The notes beneath the pieces were generated by a model. That model ran no database searches. It worked only from the letters and a program-made list of their open reading frames with translations, and had not been told where the DNA came from. From positions 4,223,025-4,287,024 of the forward strand of contig CM119265.1 of NCBI GenBank assembly GCA_051294375.1: a stretch of DNA of 64,000 nucleotides. The letters are read 5' to 3'. The stretch's first letter is position 1, and every line of letters starts with the position of its first letter. Of this stretch, positions 21,401 through 35,523 are shown in pieces. The DNA is from Paraspadella gotoi (taxonomy: Eukaryota > Animalia > Chaetognatha). A program made the translations under genes and the position numbers.

Positions 21401-24400
21401 ATGTCGCCTTTTCTGAAGGTCATGGTTGCCAAAAATAATTTTTTTAATGGATTGTAAAATCTTACAATTTTATACATGTGTACCAATGTACATATCATTC
21501 TTTTATTTACCCATCCAAACAAATTTTTAAACTTAGTCCCAAAAAAGCTGGACCTCCCTAAATTGGCTTCATCAAAAATCAAATAAAGTTCAAATTTTTC
21601 TTACTAAAAATTGTCTCTTACCTGGCCAGTTTCCTCCAGGTTTTTTTCTACATAAGGCGCAACAAAAATGAAAGGAGATACGAAAGCTCCGTAATGGAAA
21701 AAAACGGATAAGATGAAAAGAATATAAATTTTGTGGCGGAAGACCGCGAGGTTCAAAGCGCCAACGAGAAAATTATATATTTTTTCGGATGTTTCCGCAG
21801 CCTCGGAGACGGCCATGGCGGGGGAGCCGGTGGCGTCGGCTGCCGATTCAAAAGGAACTACCTGTTAAGTAAACAATAAATTAAGAATTAATATACAATT
21901 TATAAACAATTCTCACCTTATTTTGGTTGGACTCGACCGGACGCATGAGAATGGCGATGAGAGGCAGAAGAGAGAACATTCCGCCGAAGACGAGCATTCC
22001 CGTTCGCCAACCGATCGGGCTTCCACCGCCGGCGTCGCGAGCAGCCGAGAGGACAACGGGCAGAATCATAGCTGATTGGTGAGATTTAAATTCTAATTTT
22101 AATTTTAATTCGATGATTGACTTAGAAATACTTTCAATGATCCAGAATTGAATTGAGTGATTGAGTGATTGAGTGATAGAAAAAATGAAATGCTATACCA
22201 TGATTGTTGAAATCTACGTCGGCTGCAGAAATACAGGGATGAGGCGACTTACCACCGGTCTCTCTCTCTAAACCCTTCCTCTCTCCTCTTTCTCCGAGCC
22301 GGTCAATCCACATGGTCACTTTGCCCTAGGTTTGGCAATGACCTTAGATTGACCGGACACAGTAATAGGGCCGAGGCGACCGTAAGGTCAAGTTGGTCCG
22401 GGCGATGATAAAAGTGGATCAGGAGAGAGCTCGTCTCACTTCTTTTCTACTTCTCTTACATCGTCACAAATCTTCACCTTCTCCTTACTTTTATTATTAC
22501 TATTTTCGTCTTCTACAGGGACTTCAATTTGGAGAGATACGAAAAAACGAAAAAATATAATCGAAACGAAGAGCAATCAGGTTATAAATTTTTATTGTAT
22601 GAATAGTAAAATACTTGACTTTTTTTTCACCAATTTGTAACATTCTACTAGGATAGTTGCTATGTTATAAACCTTTTCCTCAGAGGGTAAATTTCTGCAT
22701 AATTTTTACTTTAAAAGTGGTTCTTACTATCAATTCTTCAATTCCCATTAAAACAATTGCATTTTTTTTCATGCTTCATTGTTTTGATTAATAAAAGTAA
22801 AAATTTCAGCTTGGGGGAAAAAATTTTAAAAGACGACTTTGTTGATAAATAGTAGTAAATAAGTTAGGTTTTACATGATAATTTTCTTTATAATAACAAA
22901 TCACCTAACTGACTTCACAATCAGCATTAAAAATTGTTAAATTGTTAAAAACTGTTAAAATTTGGACGAAAAAAAAAAGAAATGAGAGCCTCTGTGATTG
23001 AACATTTTTTTAGGTCAACATAATCGTCAAGTAGTTTTCTAACTAATAAATGTCATAAAATTAATATACAGTGAAAAAAATTACCAGTTTAATCAAGTCT
23101 TTCCGTATCGGTCCAGATGAAGTCCCTCTATCAATTTGATTTGTTAACACGATCAAGAACTTTTAAATGACATTGAAATAACGAAATTCTGTTTCGTTTC
23201 GATGGCGACACGTTAGGCGAATTACTGAGGCCTCTTCTATTACCATCCCCCTTCTCTTTCTCGTGGATCAGGACCATAACTATGAGTAAGTAAAGGCCTA
23301 GGTGAGTCGCCATACTGGAACGTGAAAAAATGAGCACCTGACACAGTCATCCCGAGAGTAGAGAATCCAGTTGCGATGGGTCTGAACCTAAATTAAGTTT
23401 GAGGGTCATATGATTCTTGGAGGATTAATGTCTAATAATAGCTTTGAATTGATTCGGCCTCATGGCTACCAAATAAAAATTATGTAAACTTATATATAAC
23501 TAATATAATATATATTTATTGTGAAATAACACTATTTCCCATCGTCTTATACATTTATGGATTATGCTGGAAGAAATCAGCAAAACGTTTTCTGTTTTTT
23601 TTAAATAGTTTGTACTAGCGCGTCAGAAATCTAAGAAGAAACTCGAAAATTTTATTCTGACAAATTTTGCCTTTCATTGTAGTGTCTTTTTTTGTTTAAA
23701 AATCTTTTCTAACAATCTTTTTTTGTTTAAAAATAATAAGTAAAATTTTAATTAAACTTGTTTTCACTTTTTAGAATCTTTTACTATGAAATTGGTACAA
23801 CCAATATAAAAATTATCCATTCATTTAATAAATAAGCTATCTTGCCCCTGACTTTGGACAGGCTTTGGTGGTTTAAGGCCTCCATCACTCTTACAAGATA
23901 ATTACATAGCAGGTCCCTGCAAGCTTTCAATCAAGACTCTCTCACAGTCCCGTTTATTCACTCCCAGAGTACCTGGCTTCCCTATCAATGAAGTGGAAAA
24001 TATTTCAAAGAATGTTTCAATTGTATGAAAGACCACTCCTTTAAGTATTAGATCGGGGAATACTTATTGTACTCCGCACTAGCATCAAAATACAAGGAGC
24101 TGAATTTTATGAAATTGGTACAATTGGTAATATTAGATTTTTTAAAAACTATTTGTGTGTAAATCCTTTCTTTTTGTTGTGTTTTGGTTTAAGGAGACAA
24201 ATTGTTTGATTGCAACAACAACAATTTTTATTGTTAGACGTATATGTTTCGGCTTACAATTTGAGCCTTCATCAAAAACTTTGATGCTAAGTATGGTCCG
24301 GAAACATCCCATGAGGAATCTGTTTAGGGATCATCTGCTAACGGATGGTTTGCTAAGGGATCATCTGCTTACGGATCGTTTGGTAAGGGATCATCTGGTA

Positions 24401-27400
24401 AGGGATCGACGTATGGGGAGCGTCCGCTCACGGCCTTCGGGTAAGGGACGTCGAATAAGGGACGCTCGGACGACGCCAAGTCTCCGAGTGTAACTGCCCA
24501 TGGCGTTTAAAAACTCAACGGGGGCGCAGAGACGAGAACAGTGGGATGTCTTTTATTCAAGAAATTAAACGTTTGGATGCCGCGTAGGGGGGGGAGAGAG
24601 AAAGGATGGGGGAGAATAAAAGCGAAAGGGTCGAAGGGGTGCCNNNNNNNNNNNNNNNNNNNNNNNNNAGGGGAAAACGTTAAATTTCTATCGGAGGAAA
24701 AAAAAATGACCGATTAAAAAAAGCATAACACTAAAAGTTTATTTCGTCTATAATATCGAGAATTACTTCTTTTTTTTTCTTCTTTTTTATTTTTTTCGTC
24801 TTTAATGTTTATCTTTGCAAACTTGGAACGCGAATCAATGATGATCGCTTATTAAAGGAAAAGAAAGGATGGGAGAAATGTACTTACTCATTTTTAAGGA
24901 TATTTATAAATATTTGTAAATTAAAGATATGTTTATAAATTATTAAATACAAAAAGTTTAAACAAAACTAAAGAAGATAAAAATTTGAATTAATAAATAA
25001 ATAAAACGCTACATCACAAGACGGACGCTACATTACAAGCACTGGAAGCTACACTACATGACTAGTTACATGCTAGGTACTGGATATTCTTCCCAATTTT
25101 AAGTTACTACACTACATTAATAAGTTACTACACTACATTTACAAGTAGGATCTTTTTTCCTTATATACACTATGCTTCTACTACGGGACGAAATTTGGGT
25201 TTCGTAGAAAAAATATTTTTAAGAAGTAAACTCAATAAAAGTAAATTATATAAACGCAAAATAACTATATAAACATATTAATGAGTTTTTTATGTTTTAT
25301 GTCTTTCTAGAAAATATATTTTAAAGTTTGAACAAATAATTATTTTTTTCGTAGCGAAGTTTTAAAACAAGATACTAAAATATGCAAATGAGATTCTCGC
25401 AGAGGACTCACGACTCCAGAATCGAAATCGGATCAACGACTCGGGAAAAATCCGCCGGAACCAGAATGGAACAATTCTCATTGGTCGAGAAACAAATGGC
25501 ACCGGCCAATATATCAGATGGGCTTAGAAGGAAATTTAGAGATATCTATGTATGTTATAAATAATTTGTCCTTCATAAAAATTATTATTTTAAAAGAAAG
25601 TATTATCCAACAACAAAACTAATTTCAATCTGAAGCAAGGCCTGAAAAGTAAAATAATGAGATAGAGAGCAATAGAGTTAGCAAGGAGAGAGAGAGAGTG
25701 ACCCTTAATCTGAGTCACCTTGTCCTTTAAAGCCAAGAGCTCTGGCCAGAGTCTGGCCGTCCAATTGAAATAAGACTGAGGTTGAAAAACCTTATTTTTT
25801 TTGCATATTATTGAAAATGACTGAGATTGATATTGAATTGTATGAAAAGAAAACTCGTTGAAATAAAGCTAAACTATTTTCAATAAGAACGGTCAAAAAT
25901 TATAATCTCTATTAACAAAATATATAGTTGATAATAACAGTTACGACTATGATATTTTTGACTTCCAAATATTTTTTTTACTTATTCAAATAAATTTTAT
26001 TTCTCATCTTAAAAAAATTTTAATCTTGAATGAAATTTTAGATTGTTATATTTTTTATATTATATTGTGGCAGCAAGACTTAAAGCTGCCTCACTGCTGT
26101 CCGTCCTCAGCCTCGTCTCAATGGCTGAGCAGGCTAAATCATCTCATTCCATCCGTGCGTCCGGGTTCAATCCCTGGGTATCCGGTTTCTGGCTTAAATG
26201 TGACGGTGCCGTATAAACATGCCAGTGACAGAGGCGGTCACTGAGGGTCGAAGCCCCTACGCCAGTTGGTGAGATACCCCTGCGCCCCGGGTATCACAGG
26301 CTATCCTCCCGTTGCCATAATATATTATTTATATTAATCTGCGCGATTGCCAGATATATAGCAGGTATCGCCTACCTGTCACACAAGTTGAGGTAACATG
26401 TGACATTGCCTGCATTAAAAGTATTCTTCCCTTTTTCTAAAATGAATCCACGAAAATCTCGGATGTAAATTTAGGATTTTGTATTGAGAAAAAAAATAAA
26501 TCGCGATAATAAAAAAAGGAAAAAATAATAAGAATTTTTTCAAAAAAACGAACGATCGTACAGAGAGAGAGAGACAGAAAGACAGAGATAGAGAGAGAGA
26601 AAGAGACAGAAAGAGAAAAAGAGAGACAGAAAGAAAGAGAAAGCTGGAAGGCAGCTGAACAGTCACTGCAGAACCTGAACTCGTTTTTTAAGGGTTCAGA
26701 AAAAGCAGCAAACTGACAAAAATAGGGAAAAAAAATCTATATATAATTTAAAGAAATAAAAGAAAGGCAAAAATATGTTACAATTGTTTACAATTGGAAT
26801 TTTTTCCAATTTTTTTCCAATCGCAGCTTGTAAAAGATTTTATTTTTATTTGTATTAAAATTAAGATATAGTTTCTCATTAAAAAGTTATTTGAGTTCCA
26901 ATTTTTATTATAGATTTTTAAAAAAAATTTGAATTTCATCTTCAATATTATATACTGCAATATGTAAATTAGATTAAAGCATTTCTATATACTAATTTGG
27001 ATATTATAATGAGTACTATAATCTCATTTGCATATTGCAGTAAATCATAATGAAGTGGAAATTCAAACAAAAAATACTTAAATCCAAATGTAATGCGAAA
27101 ATATCAAAGCTATTTCAAGATGAGAAGCATATCTAAATTTTTAAACTTACTATGATCGCACACTTTTGTAAAACTTTATTCATAATTCATAATAATTTTT
27201 ATTTAAAAAAAAAAAGGTAAGTCCCAACCAAACCTATAAAGGCATAGTAGTTTTTATATAAAAATAGCGTGACGCCGACGACGACGACGACGACGACGTC
27301 ACAAAGAAGCAAATCTAAAACATTATAGAGCCTGAACCGGCTTCGCCGGTCATGGCTCGATAAAAAAGTAGGGATTGCACTCAAAATCGGGAGCGGGAAG

Positions 27401-30400
27401 GGTCTCGGGAGCGGGGGATTGGCAGCGGTGAAAAATCGATCGATTCCACATCTCTGCTTCTGACATTTGACCACGCAGTTTTTACAATCCCACTGATTAA
27501 TGAAAATGTAGGATGTAGATGCAAAATGTCCCACGCATCCCCTCCAGAACTCGTCTCTTCTGACAGCAGGAATAGTGGCAGGTAATGGCAGTATTTCCTA
27601 ATGGACGCGGTTAGAAAAGCATATTCCGCCTTTTCTAAACACTGAGAAGGTCATGGTTATCATTATTATTTGTAATGGATTGTGTAATCTTTACAATTTA
27701 TACATGTGTACCAATTTTAAATATCATAATTCTTTACCCATCCCAAAAGAGCGGGAAAATGAATTAAGTTAACCTACTTATGATAAATTTTAAATTTAAA
27801 TTTAATCATTTTTTCATTAGGAACTCCAAGGCCTGATCAATTCTCATCTATGATTAGGGTGATAACCTCTTTATTGAGGAAGCGACGGCTACGCAAGAGA
27901 TTTGAAAGAGAAAAGAGGCGCCGACGTAAGCGACGGCGATGGAGGCAATTAATGCGCCGATGGATTGGACTGTTGAGGCAGTGAAGAAACAGGCCGCTAG
28001 AGGAGGGGAGATGGTTTTAAGAATCAAGAATAGTATTGGCATTATATTAAGTACTGTGTTACGAGGCTAGGGATCTCGCCCCTGCTCAGCAACTTAAGGA
28101 TAGGAAGGAAGAGAGAGGTACCTGAGCTAGTCTTCTCGCCCCTGCTCAGCAACCTAAGGATAGGAAGGAAGAGAGAGGTTCCTCAGCTTGTCTCCTCGCC
28201 CCTGCTCTGCAACCTAAGGTTAGGAAGGAAGAGAGAGGTACCTGAGCTAGTCTGCTCGCCCCTGCTCACCTACCTGAGGTAGGAAGGAAGCGATAGGTAC
28301 CTGAGCAAGTTTTCTCGTCACTCCTCTGCTATGTCAGCTATCTCAGCATAGATCATCTAATGAGAAGTTGGCGGGAAAAACAGAAGAACCAATGACAAGC
28401 TTGCACACCTCAGCAAGAGAGAGAGGAGGAAAGAGAGATCTCAGATACCACAGCCCTCAGCCAATAGGAGAGAGAGGGTATCACAGGCTATCCTCCCGTT
28501 GCCATAATATATTATTTATATTAATCTGCGCGATTGCCAGATATATAGCAGGTATCGCCTACCTGTCACACAAGTTGAGGTACATGTGACATTGCCTGCA
28601 TTAAAAGTTATTCTTCCCTTTTTCTAAAATGAATCCACGAAAATCTCGGATGTAAATTTAGGATTTTGTATTGAGAAAAAAAATAAATCGCGATAATAAA
28701 AAAAAGGAAAAAAATAATAAGAATTTTTCAAAAAACGCCAACGATCGTACAGAGAGAGAGAGACAGAAAGACAGAGATAGAGAGAGAGAAAGAGACGAAG
28801 AGAAAAAGAGAGACAGAAAGAAAGAGAAAGCTGGAAGGCAGCTGAACAGTCACTGCAGAACCTGAACTCGTTTTTTAAGGGTTCAGAAAAAGCAGCAACT
28901 GACAAAAATAGGGAAAAAAATCTTATATATATTTAAAGAAATAAAAGAAAGGCAAAAATATGTTACAATTGTTTACAATTGGAATTTTTTCCAATTTTTT
29001 CAATCGCAGCTTGTAAAAGATTTTATTTTTATTTGTATTAAAATTAAGATATAGTTTCTCATTAAAAAGTTATTTTGAGTTCCAATTTTTATTATAGATT
29101 TTTAAAAAAAATTTGAATTTCATCTTCAATATTATATACTGCAATATGTAAATTAGTTAAAGCATTTCTATATACTAATTTGGATATTATAATGAGTACT
29201 ATAATCTCATTTGCATATTGCAGTAAAAAGAAGTGGAAATTCAAACAAAAAATACTTAAATCCAAATGTAATGCGAAAATATCAAAGCTATTTCAAGATG
29301 AGAAGCCATATCTAAATTTTTAACTTACTATGATCGCACACTTTTGTAAAACTTTATCATAATTCATAATAATTTTTATTTAAAAAAAAAGGTAAGTCCC
29401 AACCAAACCTATAAAGGCATAGTAGTTTTTATATAAAAATAGCGTGACGCCGGACGACGACGACGACGACGACTTCACAAAGAAGCAATCAAAAACTAAA
29501 ACATTTATAAAAACGGCCTGAGACCGGCTTCGCCGGTCATGGCTCGATAAAAAAGTAGGGATTGCACTCAAAATCGGGAGCGGGAAGGGTCTCGGGAGCG
29601 GGGGATTGGCAGCGGTGCAAAATCGATCGATTCCACATCTCTGCTTCTGACATTTGACCACGCAGTTTTTACAATCCCACTGATTAATGAAAATGTAGGA
29701 TGTAGATGCAAAATGTCCCACGCATCCCCTCCAGAACTCGTCTTTCTGACAGCAGGAATAGTGGCAGGAATGGCAGTATTCCTAATGGACGCGGTTAGAA
29801 AAGCATATTCCGCCTTTTCTAAACACTGAGAAGGTCATGGTTATCATTATTATTTGTAATGGATTGTGTAATCTTTACAATTTTATACATGTGTACCAAT
29901 TTTAAATATCATAATTCTTTTACCCATCCCAAAAGAGCGGGAAAAATGAATTAAGTTAACCTACTTATGATAAATTTTAAATTTAAATTTAATCATTTTT
30001 TCATTAGGAACTCCAAGGCCTGATCAATTCTCATCTATGATTAGGGTGATAACCTCTTTATTGAGGAAGCGACGGCTACGCAAGAGATTTGAAAGAGAAA
30101 AGAGGCGCCGACGTAAGCGACGGCGATGGAGGCAATTAATGCGCCGATGGATTGGACTGTTGAGGCAGTGAAGAAACAGGCCGCTAGAGGAGGGGAGATG
30201 GTTTTAAGAATCAAAGAATAGTATTGGCATTATATTAAGTACTGTAATGATTATTATAGTCTGAAAATTGCAAGATTACTTGTTTCACTATCTTTAGTTT
30301 TTTTTAATTTAAAATATTTAAAATATTTAGAATATTTAGAATTGTCACCATATATAGTTTGAATACTATTCAATTTTTCATACGGGCACCCAGTCGGTCA

Positions 30401-32032
30401 TTAATTTTTTTGTTGTGAAACGAAAAAGCTTGCTTGACTTCTTTTTTTCTTTTTCTTGTACCATCGCAGGAAATGGACCAAGTGGATCTGGTAGACCAAA
30501 TGGTTTGCCTCTCTTGGCTTTTCCGTCTTTTTTTCTGATTGACCAATCAGAGAGGAGGCTTTCCTCAGGAAACCGACGGCAGGGAAAGAGGAGAGGGAAC
30601 TGGATCACTCTTCAACTTACCTTCAAGAACTCAACATATTTATATAATTTGTTTATTGTCTGTTTATTCTTCATAATCTCCATCAATAATCGTTATTTCC
30701 TCGTGTGTTTAATGTTAATAATTTCGCTAGTTTCTCCTAAATAAACCACGCCTACTTCCTTCGTTGGTACCATCAATTATTTTAATTATGATTATGATTA
30801 TTACCCGATCTTTCGACGATGCACTTAATCTTTACCCGAAATGATGCCCCACCCGGCAAAGAGGAGGCGCTGATCCACCCAGGTGACCACGATGGGCGTG
30901 AATGGACCCAGCAAAGGTTGGATGGCGTAAGCGGATGACGAGACCCAGCCGGCGGTGGCTGTCGGTGGAAAAGAAATGTTTGGAGCCACGGAAATGTAAG
31001 GAGTACGCTTGTTCGTTGCTTGTTGCTTGTATGTATCATCAAATCATTCACCCAGTTTCATTGCGTAATATTCATTGGTTAAGCAATCATTGGCGGCCAC
31101 ACATTAATTAGTAATAGCAAGAACTAAAGAGTGTTGAACTTGAACTTGAAGACCGCGGGAACCTTGTCAGAGGATATGGGGGGACACTTCAAATATTTGT
31201 CATAATCTATTTGCTTTTGGGTCTGAAATATTTCAACAATAAAAAGAAAATCTAGGGACGATTCACTTATTTTTAGTTTCAAACTAAAATAAATATTTTA
31301 GTTCATATTTTAAGAGAAAGAAAATGCCCACAACTTAGAAAAAAATCTTAAAAGTATAAGGATCTACGACCAAGAAACCCTTACTATCACAAAAAAATTA
31401 ATGAAAAAGTACTATAATCTAATTTGGATATTGCAGTAAATCATAATGAAGTGGAAATTAAAACAAAAATACTTGAATCGATATGAAACAAAGAAATTAA
31501 ATACACATTTCACTGCCTCACTAATGGAACTTGATAACTAGAAACATTGTTTGGTAGTTAAACCATAAACCGGCAAAAAAAGATAGAAATTGTTTTTTAT
31601 TTGAGAGAAGATTATTATTGACTACGAGTTTAGGACATTGGCTTCACCTCGACTATGTTACGATGATAATTATACACTGATATGATGATAAGCATTCATT
31701 GACGTTATGTAATCATCCTTGATGTGATGATAACCCAAGTAATTGATTGATTTATGTAATAGTAATTGATTGATTGAATAGTAATTTATTGATGCAATGA
31801 TAACCAAAATTGATGCGATGATAACCAAAAATTGATGCGATGATAACCAATAATTGATGCGATGATAACCAAAAATTGATGCGATGATAACCAATAATTG
31901 ATGCGAAGATAACCAAATGATTGATGCGATGATAGTCATTCACTGATGCGATGATAGTCATTCATGACGCGCGATGAGTCATTCATCGTAAATAAAACAA
32001 CAAACGCGTTGTATGAGTGAGAGAGAGTGAGA

Positions 32033-32068
<36 letters not shown>

Positions 32069-33253
32069 TACGAACTTTGTTTCAACATAAAAACAATTCT
32101 GACTAAATCTCAGAGCCGTAAAATAAATCCACGAAAAACTAGGATGTAAATTTGGGATTTTGTATGAAGAAAAAAGCGTGGAATAAATGCGATAATAAAA
32201 GTTTTAGAAGGAGAAAAATAATTCAGAATTTTTCGAAAAACGCACGATCACGCAAGAGATGTAGAGAAGAGACAGAGAGCAGAGAGAGAAGAACACACAG
32301 GAGAGAGAGAGACAAGCCTGGACAGGAGCTGGACAGACCGCTTCAGAGCTGAACTCGTTTTTAGACGAATCTGAATAGGGTCCTTTCTATAAATAAATAT
32401 TAAAAAATAGATATTTGGGTATAGAGCCATATAAGAATTTTTTTGTACATTGAAAGTATAATTAAAAATGTATAAATTTTCGTTTGATCAGGTTCTCATT
32501 CTAAATTTTTGACTCAACCCTTGGAGATGGGCTACCCCTATTCAGAAGAAAAAATAATCAGAGAGAGAGAGAGAAAGAGAGAGAAAGAGAGAGAAAGAGA
32601 GAGAGTGAGAGATAGAGAGAAGCTGGACAGCCGCTGGACCGCCGCTGCAGAGCTGAACTCGTTTTTCAACGAATCTAATCATGGGCCAAACTTTTTTCCT
32701 TTTTATAAATAAATATTAAAAAATCAATATTTGGGTATAGAGCCATATAAGAAATTTTTTGTACATTGAAAGTATACTTAAAAATGCATAAATTTTCGTT
32801 TGAGTATGTTCCCATACTAAATTTTTGATTCACCCCATTGAGAGGGGCTTCCCCTATTCAGAAGAAAAAAAGAGAGAAAGAGAGAGCGACATATAATTAA
32901 AAGAGAGATAGAGAGAAAACTAACAGCCGCTGGAATCAGAAGCAGCAGCGACGGAGAAAAAGAAAGAGAGAGAGCGACATATTATTAAGAGAGAGAAAAG
33001 CTCAACAGCCCTTTTACTCAAACTTAGTAAGTAAGTACATATGGCGCCCGAGGTAGCGCGAACTCCTCCCAATCTGAAGGACTCGGGTTCGCGCCCTTGT
33101 GATTCATACAAGAAAAACGAAAAAAAAAGAAAAAAAGAAAAGAAAAGGGAGAATGGATGGTAAACTGCTGACGGCAACGTCTTCAATATTAGTGAGCCCA
33201 CAATATATATATATATATATATATAAATATAAATTTTTTTGTTAAAAAAAAAG

Positions 33254-33291
<38 letters not shown>

Positions 33292-33916
33292 AGCTGGACG
33301 ACGCTGCAGAGCCAGAACTCATTTTTAGACAAATCAGAAGAAGCAGTGACTGAGAAAAAAAGAGAGAGAGAGAGAGCGACATATAATTAAAAGAAAGAGA
33401 GAGGGAAAGAGACATATAATTAAAAGATTTTTGTTTTGTAAATAAAACATAAACAAATAGGATTATTGATATGAAACATGACAATTTTAAAGATCTTGAT
33501 GATTAGAAGCCATATATAAATTTTCAACTCCCTATGATATCACACTTTTAGAAGCCATGATTGCAAAAAAGCGTGACGCAGACGACGAATGCCTTTCAAG
33601 TCAAGTCAAGAAGACGACGACGACCACTACGGCACAAAGAAGCGAAAGCGAATTATTATAGAGACAGGACCGGCTTCGCCCGGTCTGTCTCGATAAAAAA
33701 TGTGTGTCGCCAACGAAGTTATAGGATTTCGTCAATGTAACACCAATGTGGCCAACGCCTCACCGATTGTCGTGTGCAAGTCTTGCACCCAATCATTGAT
33801 GAAGAATTGCAGATTCCTGGCCACGCCCAAAGTGACGAAGAAGACGAAGAAGTGACCGAGGGCGAAGAGACCCGTGGCGGGGGAGTCGACGCCGATCGGA
33901 GAAAAGATGCTCATTT
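18449..33916 (-). CDS. MFS transporter, SLC16/monocarboxylate transporter-like (multi-exon)
   Basis: Phase-compatible exons: 33916-33764, 30958-30836, 30183-30054 (duplicated at 27996-27867), 23387-23338, 22071-21917, 21861-21622, 20800-20424, 18828-18618, 18544-18449. A possible further 5' exon lies at ~34375-34170. Motifs resemble SLC16: DSP...GHFFVFFVTLG, TAGWVSS...LLGP, KRFRPIATG, GWR...LMRP, LSFMGGGDFAG, IADIYG. Confidence 0.8.
24290..24410. repeat. ~30-nt tandem repeat (AAGGGATCATCTGCTAACGGATGGTTTGCT)
   Basis: Three to four degenerate copies. Confidence 0.8.
26095..26320 (+). mobile_element. tRNA-derived SINE-like element
   Basis: A-box-like TGGCTGAGCAGG and B-box GGTTCAATCCC, followed by a GC-rich body. 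Confidence 0.55.
26289..30245. repeat. ~1.77-kb direct duplication (26289-28056 and 28476-30245) containing an MCT exon
   Basis: Near-identical from GGGTATCACAGGC to ATTAAGTACTGT, differing mainly by 1-nt indels. Confidence 0.93.
28057..28485. mobile_element. LTR-like fragment with a 60-nt tandem repeat between the duplicated blocks
   Basis: Begins TGTTACG and ends TATCACA. About 4 copies of CTCGCCCCTGCTCAGCAACCTAAGGATAGGAAGGAAGAGAGAGGTACCTGAGCTAGTC. Confidence 0.45.
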
Positions 33917-34066
33917 CTTGAAGAGGCGTTGGAAAGGACAACAACAACAAAAAAGATCAAAGAAGTCGCTGAAAAAAAGCTAGAAAAAGATTATTGCAAA
34001 TAAATAATGTAAAAATGGGAAAAAACGAATTCGAAGACCGGAAACTTTGTTTTGTTTTTTTAATCC

Positions 34067-34128
<62 letters not shown>

Positions 34129-35523
34129 CTTTCTGTTTTGCGTGCTCAAAAAGCTCGAAAAAGAGGCGTTACTTGGAATCCGTGACGTCGGAACCCGGCG
34201 TCGAAAGTCGCGAAGACAACGAGGAAGTTGGAAATGATGAAGAGTCGAGTTTTTTGTCGTCGTCGTCGTCAACTTCGTGTTTACAGGGAGTTAAGACGAT
34301 AGGACGATGAGCAAGATCACATTTAATTTCGTTGTCATCTTACTTTTGCCCATTTTTACTTTACTCGTTGCCATATTTGATTCTTTCTCTCTCCGCTCTA
34401 ATTGTCATATGGTACCAGCAGACCTAAGGTACTGTCTCCATTAGACTTTGCCATATTTTGAAATCTTTTTAACCGAGTTTAGCACTATAGTTAGGGATTA
34501 GCAGTATTCGACGAAATTTTTATTTCTCTATCGGCCAAAAAATAATAGGGAATTTGATACCAAAAAACAAGGCTTTTTGAAATATTTACTGTATGAAAAA
34601 TACTAAAAATAAAAATTTTATTTTTTAAATCTAGGTACTGTAAGGGTAAGTCTAACTAAAACCGAAAAAAAATCTTTTAAATACGAAAAATACTGGAATA
34701 GTACAGAAAGCAATATTTCTTTTTATTGTAGCGCGAAAACTAGACTTTCCGCGCAAAACCTCTGGTTACAGGAGTACAAATGTATTTTCTCTCAACAAAT
34801 TGATTTCAACTTGCATAATTTTTTCAACTTGCATAATTTTTTCAACTTGCATAATTTTTTCAACTTGCATAATTTCTTCAACTTGCATAATTTCTTCAAC
34901 TTGCATAATTTTTTTAAATTATATCATTTTTTCAAATTAATTAATTAATTAATTAAAACATTTATTTGTAATCATAAATAAAAAAGATTCAAGTAAATGT
35001 GACTTGTTTTTTCCATTTAAACTCATTTCCACTGGCACAATTCCGTCAAAACTTTATATCTAGCTTCTTCACACACTTTCCTTTTCAATCTATTAATTCA
35101 ATTATGATTAATTCGAGTAATTATGGGTTAAAATAAGTATTAAATATAAAAAGTGTAGTAAAGATTTTTTTGGTGTCACTCGCGAACGGACAAGGGTTAG
35201 AATAACGTTTGTCAACCGGATACGAAAAGGTAATTGACCTTAATTTGTATCGTTAATTTTAAACGTAAAAGTATTTGAAAAAAAATCGAGGCCATCGAGA
35301 TACAGGAAAAAAATGTATTGATAATACCATTAACAAAAGTATATACAGAAACGAAATGATTAACAATAATAGTGATAATGACAAAAATGACTAAGTTTTA
35401 ACAAAAACAAAATTAAGCAATAAAAATGACAAAAAGAATAGGAATATTCGAATACGATAACGACGCTGACAAAGACGAAGTCGAAGAAGCCGACGACAAT
35501 GACGACGACCAATAGGAGAATCG

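Noticed and set aside
25412-25522. Possible 111-nt in-frame cassette exon in the MCT gene (AG...GTGAGT, phase 2-2)
   Set aside because: It would interrupt the KRFRPIATG motif, and part of it resembles intronic 20840-20890, so it is more likely repeat-derived. RNA-seq is needed to exclude it.
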